From assembly GCA_963705705.1 (NCBI GenBank), contig CAVPKK010000005.1, positions 1-64,000 on the forward strand: a stretch of 64,000 nt of DNA. Reading direction: 5' to 3'. The position numbers were made by a program, and so were the translations under genes. Below are positions 55,070 to 64,000 of this stretch, piece by piece; position 1 is the stretch's first letter, and each line of letters starts with the position of its first letter. The DNA is from an uncultured bacterium (GTDB lineage: Bacteria; Babelota; Babeliae; Babelales; JABCYS01). The notes under the pieces were generated by a model, which did not search any database, had not been told where the DNA came from, and was given only the letters and a program-made list of their open reading frames with translations.

Positions 55070-57514
55070 TTAAGCAAGATCTACGTTATTTACACTTAAT
55101 GCAGGATTTGTTTCAAAATTGGTTGGATTGTTGTAACCCGTGTTTGCAACGAAGGCATTACCCGTCGGACCCGCTGATTCATTATTCGCATCAAAGAATC
55201 CGTATTCTCCATTATTCACGGCAGTATTATTCTGTGACAATGTTGAACTACTATTTCCGATGGCAAAATATGGCGGTACGCCAGCAGGAGGAACGCCATT
55301 AGGATTTGCCCATGCAGGGATTCCTCCGGTGAGGTTTACACCCGCAAATGCATTTGAATCAAGCGTATTATTTTTGATCGACGTTGATACAGATGCAGAA
55401 TAAGGACCAGAAGAAGCACTTACAACGGCCCAGAATGTTGATGACACATCCGGCTCATTGTTTGTATTGTTATCTTGCAAACTGATATACGTTGTTCCAC
55501 CAAAAGATGCGACTGCATTTATACCATAGGTTACTGCACTGGACCAAGGGTAAGCAGTTGCAACACCGATGGTAACGACTCCGCCAGAGTAAGAATTTCC
55601 AGTTGGGGCAATTAGTGCGACCCAAGCTGCAGATATATCTGGCTGATTGCCAACATTATTATCTTGGAGGCTATAGTAAACATTACCATTAAAAGGTTCG
55701 TTCGGATTAGCTGGGTTAAACGCCACGACTGCACCAACAGCATAACCAGCTGTAGGAATCCAAGGCACTGCGCCTGCGGCACCAATCACATTCCCGGTCA
55801 TTGTGTTATTCTCAATAACAAGGTTTGTAAATTGCCCTGCTTGTATTGGTTGAAGACCTGGGGCAGTTGGATAAGCCAAAGCAATGTTATCAATGTCTAA
55901 TATATATCCTCGATCAATAACTATACCTGTCCCAATTCCTGCTACACCTGGTATAACACCCATACCTAAAAAATTAATCGCAGGCGAATCTGCTAATCCA
56001 GCGTTACCCAAACATTTGTTGTCCCTAAAGGTAAAATTAGGCAATACAAATGGATAGACAAAATTTGGAGCAAGTAAGGTAATTCCAGATCCACTTCCTT
56101 GTTCAGCAATATTTCCGCAGCATTCATTACCTTCTACAACAACATTTATCTCAATTCCTCTTGCATCGGTATTTCCGAATCCAATAACATCGGTTGATGC
56201 TACTAAATCGATACCAGAACATTGCGGAATAACTCCTATTGGCGATCCCAATTGAGCTAAAGAACGGTTATTGTTAACTCTATTATTTTTTATAACAACA
56301 CCTTGTTTGAAGTCTATGGTCATGCCCTGTACGCTGCCGCCAGATTGATTTCCGCACATTTCATTATTAATCACTGCAAATGTTCCGTTTGGTGCCAGAC
56401 CCAAAAGTTCTTGATTTGCAGATACATGCAATCCATTAAATATCAAAGGAGGCCCATTGAGCGTTGAACCGGTGTTGTAATTGAATTGGTTATTTTCGAA
56501 AAGGCCGCCTTGTATACCACCACCTATTGCACCACCTTGCAAATTCGCGTTAGCTACAAAAGTGTTGTTATTGAATTGATTTCCAACAACTCTGAAGTTG
56601 CTGATGTTAACGTAGAACAGACCTGAACTTACGGTAATAATTGGGAAGAGAGCTCCTCCGTAGCGGAATAATGCTGTTCCCACGCCGTTGTTACACGTCG
56701 AGTTTTCCATCACAAAATTATTTAGGTAACCAGATAAGGCGGCTGGATCAGTTTCGATAAGACTATTTAGCGCAACTCCACTTACCGCTAAACCAACGCA
56801 TGTGGTCGATTCGTCGAAATGGTTATTTGCAGTATAAATATCTTGGCGGCCGAAAATATTACATCCAACCCCGCAACCGATAACATTGCAATTGGTGATC
56901 CGGACCTGCGATACATACAATCCGGCTTGGGTAGGATCGCTTACTTGTGTTTGAGGCCCAAGCCATATGCCTGCACCCACAACAACAGTAAGACCCGATA
57001 CGTCAGTTATTGTTGCTGTACCACAATTAGTGATCGTTAATCCATCAAGAGTGATAAGCGAGTTGGATTGATCGTAATTCACACCATAGGTATAGAAGTT
57101 GGAAATTGTGCCATTAAATACATTTACATTGCTTTGATCTGGGCTTACATAGATACCATTCGTATCAGCCGTTGTATTGCCTTGGTTAAGTACATGCCCC
57201 GCCAAGGTAAGATTCACATTGCTTGCCGTGATTTCAATGGCATTAGTTCCGGGTACCGTCGGATTAAAGTTGACGTCTTCTTTCAAACAATAATTTCCCG
57301 GGCGATCAATCACATATCCGGTCGTCCCGATATCCTCTCTGGAAATGGATATTGAGGAACCACAGGCAAGTAATTTATCAAGATCCCGTTCGATCTCGCA
57401 TAACGTATTTTTTATACAACCGGTGCGACAATCATTTCTTTCAAATGCACTGACTGGCACAGATAGAAAGAGCATGGCGCATAAAGCAACATGCATTTGT
57501 TTGTTTGTCCTCAT
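55070..57514 (-). CDS. Secreted right-handed beta-helix protein with two CBM5/12-like modules
   Basis: Signal peptide; I..PG.YCL.ED entry motif; many Asn/Gly-rich PbH1-type repeats; two W....Y....V.F....Y.SLQDNN..N.PD.S..W modules. Confidence 0.8.
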   Translation of the reverse strand: MRTNKQMHVALCAMLFLSVPVSAFERNDCRTGCIKNTLCEIERDLDKLLACGSSISISREDIGTTGYVIDRPGNYCLKEDVNFNPTVPGTNAIEITASNVNLTLAGHVLNQGNTTADTNGIYVSPDQSNVNVFNGTISNFYTYGVNYDQSNSLITLDGLTITNCGTATITDVSGLTVVVGAGIWLGPQTQVSDPTQAGLYVSQVRITNCNVIGCGVGCNIFGRQDIYTANNHFDESTTCVGLAVSGVALNSLIETDPAALSGYLNNFVMENSTCNNGVGTALFRYGGALFPIITVSSGLFYVNISNFRVVGNQFNNNTFVANANLQGGAIGGGIQGGLFENNQFNYNTGSTLNGPPLIFNGLHVSANQELLGLAPNGTFAVINNEMCGNQSGGSVQGMTIDFKQGVVIKNNRVNNNRSLAQLGSPIGVIPQCSGIDLVASTDVIGFGNTDARGIEINVVVEGNECCGNIAEQGSGSGITLLAPNFVYPFVLPNFTFRDNKCLGNAGLADSPAINFLGMGVIPGVAGIGTGIVIDRGYILDIDNIALAYPTAPGLQPIQAGQFTNLVIENNTMTGNVIGAAGAVPWIPTAGYAVGAVVAFNPANPNEPFNGNVYYSLQDNNVGNQPDISAAWVALIAPTGNSYSGGVVTIGVATAYPWSSAVTYGINAVASFGGTTYISLQDNNTNNEPDVSSTFWAVVSASSGPYSASVSTSIKNNTLDSNAFAGVNLTGGIPAWANPNGVPPAGVPPYFAIGNSSSTLSQNNTAVNNGEYGFFDANNESAGPTGNAFVANTGYNNPTNFETNPALSVNNVDLA

Positions 57515-58019
57515 TGGGACTCCTTAATTAGATTGATATAAACAAAAAACGCCACTTCGAGTATCAATCATTTCTCGAGATGACGCAAAACTATATGTAC
57601 AAAATTTGTTTGAAAAGGAATAAAAATGGAATTGTATGTGTGGATATGCAATTTTTTTAAAAATCACAACGTTCCTTTTTTTCAGGTGTACTTTCCAGCT
57701 TTAAAATGAAGCTAACATTTCACCGTACAAGTTTCAAGCATTTGTCTTTAACGCCCAAACGTATCTTTCCCTGGCGCGGTTTTTGCAGTACGGCTATACA
57801 AGAGTCAAATTTGGGTGCACTTTTTGAGGCCATTTAAAACCCAGTTAACTATATTCACGGAGCATATTTTTAACTTCCATATAATTGATGCTCATCCTAT
57901 TTAACTATTTCAATATGACATGTCTGTGGCCTATTTAGGCTGATTTACCCCAGCCTTTTGACGACGCAGCCACTGCATTGCATGCTGGCAACTCTATTGT
58001 AAACAACCGGAGTACCAGC

Positions 58020-59444
58020 ATGAAGCCCAATAGAATAATAGGCTTATTATTTATCTTACTTACTGCCTCTACCTTACTGCAGGCCGAGCTACTTGTAATC
58101 AAACATACCAAAAATGGCTTTGCCGCCTTAGAAGCCCAAGATGAGCCTAATAAGATTAAAATCGCAGATATTCTTTTGGCCTACCAGTGGCCAATGGTTA
58201 TAGGTAATTCTAACTTGACCGAGCAAGAAATGGATGAACTTTTAACGGCAGATGTACCGAATGCTGAAGAAACATTCATTCGAAAAAAGGTGAAGGAGAT
58301 AGATGTAAGATACGATATTGTATTTTTTCCAACAGCTCTTTATCAACTATACACTGCGACAACTTTTCAAAATAATTATTTGCTTACCGCTATTAAGGAT
58401 AAGTCTGCGAAAATATTATTAACCCACGAAGCAAAACAACTTTCCAAAAAGCAGCCCGAAAATTCATCTCAAATGCTTAGGTTAAATTTCGATACAGAAA
58501 AAATACTATCTAATAACGTTTTTTATCCGGAAATATTTTTTCTTGTTAATGATTCACTCGCGAATGTGCTTCTTGCTTTTGATTCAACGCTCAAACACTG
58601 TACCAATGCAACAGTATTTTCAGATAAAATCGAGGCAAGGGCCCAGGAGCTTGCTCAATTCTTTTTTTCTGCAATGAAGGACAGTCTGTGCAAATGCGAA
58701 AAATCAGATGCTCAGAATCCAAAACTGATTGACACGGAAGGCGTTCTCTTCCAAGGAATAGCCTTAGAATATGAAGCTCGATCAATCAACAAAGCTCTAC
58801 TCTGGCGCGGATCAGATCCTATAAAATTATTAATCAAAAAAAATTGTGTCCCTCTCCCAATACTGGGTAGTACTATTAAAGAATGTATATTATGGCGACT
58901 AGATGGCACAATCAAAGAAAGAGCACTCTCCCTACAAGATATTAACAAAAATATAAAAAACGAGCTTACCCCCTATAGTATCTCATTTGGCAATTCATTA
59001 TTTGGTGGGCTTGTATTTGATCTTGGCGCATGCGCTTATGCATACTTAACCGAACGAGGTGGTTATGCAGTAAGTTTAGATAAGAAATATCACATAAAAA
59101 ATCTTTACGCCGGCCCAAGCCAATCACTTGATTTATTTCATATAAATACATTTGCACCAATAGTCGAACTGTTTGCTCATGGCGAATTTTTTCATCCGCG
59201 CATTAAAGAAGCTAAACCTAAGGTGAAGCCGCAGGAGGAGTGTTTCCTCTCAATAGAAAGAGACCCTTTCTTGCATGCTGAACTATTTTCGAGATATCTT
59301 GCTGAAAATATGAGAGTTATTACCAAAAACCATGAGTCGTCAGCCCAAAGAAAGGCTTATGAGAAAAAAATAAAGGATGCTCAAAAACAGGCTGCAGAAT
59401 GCTATAAGGCAGGCGTAAAGAATGAAAAACCAGTCGCTGCATAA
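58020..59444 (+). CDS. Secreted protein of the unknown paralog family (member 3)
   Basis: Signal peptide ending LQA-ELL; WPMVI, LWRG, YSISFGNSLF, D.GACAY and GEFFH.R. Confidence 0.8.
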   Translation: MKPNRIIGLLFILLTASTLLQAELLVIKHTKNGFAALEAQDEPNKIKIADILLAYQWPMVIGNSNLTEQEMDELLTADVPNAEETFIRKKVKEIDVRYDIVFFPTALYQLYTATTFQNNYLLTAIKDKSAKILLTHEAKQLSKKQPENSSQMLRLNFDTEKILSNNVFYPEIFFLVNDSLANVLLAFDSTLKHCTNATVFSDKIEARAQELAQFFFSAMKDSLCKCEKSDAQNPKLIDTEGVLFQGIALEYEARSINKALLWRGSDPIKLLIKKNCVPLPILGSTIKECILWRLDGTIKERALSLQDINKNIKNELTPYSISFGNSLFGGLVFDLGACAYAYLTERGGYAVSLDKKYHIKNLYAGPSQSLDLFHINTFAPIVELFAHGEFFHPRIKEAKPKVKPQEECFLSIERDPFLHAELFSRYLAENMRVITKNHESSAQRKAYEKKIKDAQKQAAECYKAGVKNEKPVAA

Positions 59445-59526
59445 ACCAGAGCGTAAATGGAACCTTGCCGGCGCAAAAATAAATGCGGAATTATCTGTTT
59501 TTAACTATATGAATCCAAACTTTCTA

Positions 59527-59674
59527 GCGCTCCGATCCTTCGATAAACTTCCACCGACGCTTTTACCTTCGCGCGCTTGATACCTCGATTAACTCAGTAT
59601 GAGCGCGGTCCTCTTCCGACCGTAAGAATTTTCTACAATCTACACGAGCTATGGCGGACATGCAGAATGAGCGC
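59527..59674. repeat. Triple-nested palindromic elements
   Basis: Outer arms of the 35-bp family at 59527-59549 and 59663-59674; middle arms TCCACCGACGCT (59550-59561) and AGCTATGGCGGA (59647-59658); intact inner copy at 59573-59606. Confidence 0.75.
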
Positions 59675-59761
59675 TTCTTCGATTAATTTAAGGAGCAAGC
59701 TAAAACTAAAATATTACTTCAATAATCAGTTCGATCTACTTAAATGAGATAAAGTGCGGTC

Positions 59762-61084
59762 TTACGTCCGGGCTCTTTTATCCATCAAAGATCTCATCAA
59801 ATGATCTTCAATAGTTAACAGACGGTTATATTTAGATAAGCGTTCGCTACGATTGCAGCCGCCGGCTTTGATTTGACCGGCTGATGTACCGACTGCCATG
59901 TCGGCAATAAAGGTATCGCAGGTTTCACCTGAGCGGTGAGAGACAACAGTATTAAGGCCATTTTCCTGGCATAGTTGAATTGCTTGTAGAGCTTCGGTAA
60001 TGGTACCAATTTGATTTGGCTTAATAATGGCGGCATTAGCGGCATGAAGTTCGAGCCCTTTTGTAATACGTTTTACGTTAGTTACAAACAGATCGTCACC
60101 CACGATTTGGCATGGCGTGCCGTATACGGGTGGGGAGCTTGTTCGCATGGCAGGCTCACCTTCTGGCACGGTGCATACCTCAGTCAATTTTTGCCAGCCG
60201 GTCCAATCATCTTCCGCAAGGCCATCTTCGATTGAATAGATAGGGTAAGTTTTTGCTAGTTCAGCATAAAGGCTAATCAGATCGCCCGAGGTTACTTGTT
60301 CGCCATACCAGTCATAGCGTTGTTTATCTTTGTCGTAGAATTCACTTGCGGCAACATCGAGTGCGATACCAAAAACTTGTTCGCCATTTTTGCCTAATGA
60401 AATCATGGTTTCCATGAGACAATCTAATGCTTCAATATCATCTTCAAAGGCACAGGCATACCCACCCTCATCGCCAACGGCGACCATTTTATTTTTTTCA
60501 CGAAGGATTTTTTTAAGTTGATGGGAAAATATCATCCCGGCTTCGCATGCTTCTTTGTAGCTGGCAGCGCCAAGTGGTGCAACCATAAACTCTTGAATGC
60601 GCAGGCCATTATCCGAATGTACTCCACCGTTGATTACATTGAACATGGGTATCGGCATGGCAACTTGGTCTTGCCCTACTACCCAGGCTATAAATTCATA
60701 AAGTTCAACGCCTTCGATTGCCGACTGTGCGCGATACAATGCCTGACTGACGGCCAATGTGGCATTGGCGCCGAGTTTCTTTTTGTTAGGCGTACCGTCG
60801 AGTGCAATGATAAGTTGATCTTGGTCTAACGCAGAAAGTTCCTTGCCAACAAGCTGCGGGGCAATTACGCGTTCGATATTGTCGATTGCTTTGGTGACCC
60901 CTTTGCCGAAAAGGCGTTTGCCGCCATCTCGCAATTCTACAGCTTCATGTTTACCGACAGATGCGCCGGAGGGAACGCAAGAGGTGACCGAGATGCCACC
61001 TTCAAGAGCGAGTTCAGCTTGGATTGTGGGTACGCCGCGGGAATCAAATATCTCTCGCGCAATCAAACGCGTTATCTTTGGCAT
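59762..61084 (-). CDS. eno: Enolase
   Basis: DSRG.PT, VPSGAS, VGDEGG, QIVGDDLFVTN, KPNQIGT and SHRSGET. Confidence 0.98.
   Translation of the reverse strand: MPKITRLIAREIFDSRGVPTIQAELALEGGISVTSCVPSGASVGKHEAVELRDGGKRLFGKGVTKAIDNIERVIAPQLVGKELSALDQDQLIIALDGTPNKKKLGANATLAVSQALYRAQSAIEGVELYEFIAWVVGQDQVAMPIPMFNVINGGVHSDNGLRIQEFMVAPLGAASYKEACEAGMIFSHQLKKILREKNKMVAVGDEGGYACAFEDDIEALDCLMETMISLGKNGEQVFGIALDVAASEFYDKDKQRYDWYGEQVTSGDLISLYAELAKTYPIYSIEDGLAEDDWTGWQKLTEVCTVPEGEPAMRTSSPPVYGTPCQIVGDDLFVTNVKRITKGLELHAANAAIIKPNQIGTITEALQAIQLCQENGLNTVVSHRSGETCDTFIADMAVGTSAGQIKAGGCNRSERLSKYNRLLTIEDHLMRSLMDKRART
60110..60174. repeat. Palindromic in-frame insertion in eno
   Basis: Stems CGTGCC/GGCACG and GAGCTTGT/GCAGGCTC; encodes the extra loop CTVPEGEPAMRTSSPPVYGTPC just before QIVGDD. 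Confidence 0.7.
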
Positions 61085-61105
61085 CGCTCTCCCTTTTTCG
61101 CTTAT

Positions 61106-62893
61106 CTACGCCTTTGGCTTAATTTGAAGGCCGTATTCGCGCAGTTTTTTCGGATCGACCGGTGTTGGTGCATTCATCATCAAATCAAAACCTCTTGAGG
61201 TTTTAGGGAATGCAATAACATCACGAATCGACTCACTATTAGTTAATAACATGACGAAGCGATCCAAGCCAAGAGCTATGCCACCATGAGGCGGAAAACC
61301 TAACTCCTGCGCCTCTAATAAGAAGCCAAAATGAGCTTCCATTTCTTCCGCCTGGAGGCCGAGCAGTTTGAAGGCTTCCATTTGGACCTTATGGTCATGA
61401 ATACGAATTGAGCCACCGCCAAGCTCGATGCCATTCAACACAATATCGTAGGCACGGGCTTTGATATCTTTTGGTTGTTGATTTTGCCAATCGCCTTTTG
61501 GCGAAGTGAACGGGTGATGTTTGCTGACATAGCGCTTATCATCGGCATTGTATTCAAGAAGTGGAAAATCAACTATCCAGCAAAAGTGAAGTACATCTTT
61601 AGGGATTAAGTTCAATGCTTTGCCAAATTCTAAGCGTAAGCGACCCAGTAATGTCCAGGCTGTTTCATATTCACCAGCAATGGCAAAGATAGTGTCGTTT
61701 TTACCCAGGTAGGGAACAACCGCGCGTACTTTCTCGAAATAATCGGCGGGGAGAAATTTGGCAACGGGTGATTCGACACTGCCAGCTTCATCAAATCTAA
61801 ACCACAATAATCCCTGCGCCCCGAGGAGTTGAGCTTTGGCAACCCAAGCGGCGAGTTCCGAACGAGTGAACTGCTTATTTTGAACTACAAGTGCCCCAAT
61901 TTGGCCTTTGGTATCCAATGTTTGGCGAAGAAATTTCAGTTGCGTGTCGGCAAAAACACTGGAGATGTCATGGATGTGCATGGTAAAGCGTTGGTCAGGT
62001 TTGTCTGAACCATACAGGCGCATTGCTTCATCGTATGCCATTCTTGGAAATGGAATATCAAGTTCTTTGTTAAAGATTTTCTTCCAAAGGTAAGCCAATA
62101 ATTTTTCGATGGTGTTTTGAATGTCCTTTTCTTCGATGAAAGACATTTCGATATCCAGCTGCGTAAATTCTGGCTGACGGTCGGCACGTAGATCTTCATC
62201 ACGGAAACAGCGGGCGATTTGGAAATATTTTTCCATACCAGCGGCCATAAGAATTTGTTTATATAGCTGCGGCGATTGTGACGAATATACCCAGCCTTGG
62301 TGTAAACGCGATGGAACAATAAATTCACGCGCGCCTTCGGCAGTATTTTTGGTCAAAATTGGCGTTTCAATTTCATAAAAGCCTTCACCCTGGAAATACT
62401 CGCGCATAGCAAAGGTGATGGCATTGCGTAGCTTTATTTTTTCCGTCATTTCTGGACGGCGCAAATCGAGATAGCGATATTTTAAGCGCAGCTCTTCGTC
62501 TACGGTGTCACCTTCATCAAGTGAAAATGGTAAAGCTTTTGCTCTGTTTAGGATGGTAAGCGTTTGGACAATCAATTCCCAATGACCGGTTGGCAGCTGA
62601 TCATTAACGGTGGCTGGTGGACGGGCTACTACTTCTCCAGAAACTGAAATAACAAATTCGTTGCGCAAATGTTGAGCTTGTTCATGAAGTTCGGCATTGA
62701 TAGTTGGGTTAAAAACGAGCTGCATCATTCCGCTGCGATCTCTGATATCGATAAAAATCAGACCGCCATGGTCTCGCCGGCGGTGTACCCAACCTGCCAA
62801 ATAAATAACGTTGTTAAGATGCGTGCCGGTTACTTGGCCGCAGCCAGTTGTACGTTGAAATGAAGTTTGCGTTTCCGCTATATTTTTGCTCAT
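61106..62893 (-). CDS. aspS: Aspartyl-tRNA synthetase (RRDHGG suggests the non-discriminating type)
   Basis: RRDHGGLIFID, RYLDLRR, CFRDEDLRADRQPEFTQ, HHPFT, GGGSIRIH and PPHGGIALG. Confidence 0.97.
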   Translation of the reverse strand: MSKNIAETQTSFQRTTGCGQVTGTHLNNVIYLAGWVHRRRDHGGLIFIDIRDRSGMMQLVFNPTINAELHEQAQHLRNEFVISVSGEVVARPPATVNDQLPTGHWELIVQTLTILNRAKALPFSLDEGDTVDEELRLKYRYLDLRRPEMTEKIKLRNAITFAMREYFQGEGFYEIETPILTKNTAEGAREFIVPSRLHQGWVYSSQSPQLYKQILMAAGMEKYFQIARCFRDEDLRADRQPEFTQLDIEMSFIEEKDIQNTIEKLLAYLWKKIFNKELDIPFPRMAYDEAMRLYGSDKPDQRFTMHIHDISSVFADTQLKFLRQTLDTKGQIGALVVQNKQFTRSELAAWVAKAQLLGAQGLLWFRFDEAGSVESPVAKFLPADYFEKVRAVVPYLGKNDTIFAIAGEYETAWTLLGRLRLEFGKALNLIPKDVLHFCWIVDFPLLEYNADDKRYVSKHHPFTSPKGDWQNQQPKDIKARAYDIVLNGIELGGGSIRIHDHKVQMEAFKLLGLQAEEMEAHFGFLLEAQELGFPPHGGIALGLDRFVMLLTNSESIRDVIAFPKTSRGFDLMMNAPTPVDPKKLREYGLQIKPKA

Positions 62894-64000
62894 TAGAATT
62901 TATATTCCAAACCGATGTTGATGAAATAGGCAATTGACTTGCCAAGCGTTGGGGCTTTTGCGACCACTTCATCAGGGTTTCTCAGCAATATTTTAATCGC
63001 CTCTTTAGTAACTGGCAGGCCTTGCAGATCTTTATAATGTCCGCCGGGCACAAAGAGTGCTGCAACGGTAAAGAATTTTAGACTTTCGTACGGAAATAGG
63101 TCAACAAATAAGTTAAGTTCTGTTCCATAGAAATTATCGGCATTAGTGTTAAGTATTTTTTTCGTTGCGCAATCGAAAGCACGCGTTGGGGTAAATTGCC
63201 AGAACCATAAAATGTTTGGACGGATATACGGCTTACATTTTATTTTTGGCCTAATGTGTCCAGCAATACCGGTGTAGATGAGATTGGTAAATTCACTTAC
63301 ACGCGCCGGCACAATTGAATTTTCAAGTGTATCATCAACCAATGAAACTGGTCGCACAAGACGCCGTTGGCCAAGAAAGTAAGCACTTTCAACCAAATCA
63401 CCACTAAAGATTTCCTGTAATCCAATAAAGCCTTGATATTTCCCATCAGGCAGCGGAGCCTTAGGATCTGTTGTGTTCAATATATTTGGTGCCTCATCAC
63501 CAGAAGCAACCCCTGCCTCAACGGCAATTGCATACTGCTTATCTTGCCACCAATATGCCATGTTGGTTACCAACATCCAACCATCGAATTCCGTGCAATA
63601 CGGATCGTCAAAGCGATTGGTATTGATGAGGTTAGTATCATCGATTGGTTGGAAATTATATTGCATTCCCTGTGGTGAGGTATTAATAACTGCCTGGTTG
63701 CCTTTGGTCGCCGGCGCTGGAGCGCCATTTTGCGTTACGTTGCTATTTACTACCTGCAGGTTGGCATTTGCATCGGGAACTATTTGCAACATATTGCGAT
63801 CCCAGCCATACACTTTTTGGTGGCCAAAGTTTTTTGCAAATTCAAAACTAAATTCAAACCCGCCACGATCATAATCTATAGCAAAACCGCCAGTCCCAAA
63901 CTTGCTATTAGCATCGCCGGGAAATTCTATTTTTTGTTCCGGATCGTCGTTATACAAAATATAGGGCTCGAGCTGGAGCGTTCCATAGCAGTCACTGCGA
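62893..64000 (-). CDS. Outer-membrane beta-barrel protein (alginate-export-like), 5' end outside the window
   Basis: The frame is open to the right edge. Amphipathic strands, G.ASGD, YGTELNLF and C-terminal GLEYKF. Confidence 0.7.
   Translation of the reverse strand, partial: RSDCYGTLQLEPYILYNDDPEQKIEFPGDANSKFGTGGFAIDYDRGGFEFSFEFAKNFGHQKVYGWDRNMLQIVPDANANLQVVNSNVTQNGAPAPATKGNQAVINTSPQGMQYNFQPIDDTNLINTNRFDDPYCTEFDGWMLVTNMAYWWQDKQYAIAVEAGVASGDEAPNILNTTDPKAPLPDGKYQGFIGLQEIFSGDLVESAYFLGQRRLVRPVSLVDDTLENSIVPARVSEFTNLIYTGIAGHIRPKIKCKPYIRPNILWFWQFTPTRAFDCATKKILNTNADNFYGTELNLFVDLFPYESLKFFTVAALFVPGGHYKDLQGLPVTKEAIKILLRNPDEVVAKAPTLGKSIAYFINIGLEYKF

Noticed and set aside
57515..58019. About 500-bp intergenic region checked for a riboswitch, tRNA or small gene
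   Set aside because: No recognisable motif or convincing ORF; probably divergent promoters.
62270..62300. AspS reads VYSSQSPQ where YALPQSPQ is usual
   Set aside because: A one-residue difference in an error-prone assembly cannot be separated from sequencing error.
1..64000. rRNA, tRNA, CRISPR arrays, prophage, integrase or transposase genes
   Set aside because: None recognised by eye. A tRNAscan/Infernal run would be needed to exclude small RNAs formally.

Overview
The window has two parts. Bases 1-~2645 are a very GC-rich, indel-ridden fragment, probably actinobacterial: ctaD, ctaB, a small membrane protein and the first codons of a probable amidase. It joins abruptly, mid-gene on both sides, to ~61 kb of AT-richer DNA. 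The join is most likely an assembly or read chimera. The long part reads like an intracellular, protist-associated bacterium; Ca. Babelota/Dependentiae (TM6) is my inference from gene content, not a database result. It carries housekeeping genes (thyX, polA, priA, uvrC, N-domain-less clpB, tpiA, secG, mlaEF, moxR, recD2, arfB, eno, aspS), a mobile mystery A/B (HTH-Fic) pair with two operator-like palindromes, a type II secretion cluster with two secretins, and a separate PilQ/PilP/PilO-like cluster. Many ORFs have Sec-type signal peptides and eukaryote-like features: three paralogs of an F-box-like family (two ending in GCCxxx), four ankyrin proteins, a RING-finger protein, an AAMDC-like protein, a Sel1 protein, a beta-helix protein with CBM5/12-like modules, and a three-member unknown family with an ADP-ribosyltransferase-like R/SxS/E pattern. 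Reading the DNA directly also shows a family of short palindromic elements with compensatory base changes. They occur between genes, nested inside each other, and in frame inside both T2SS secretin genes and enolase. A multi-stem candidate RNA lies in the clpB leader. All calls come from motif recognition by eye; no searches were run.
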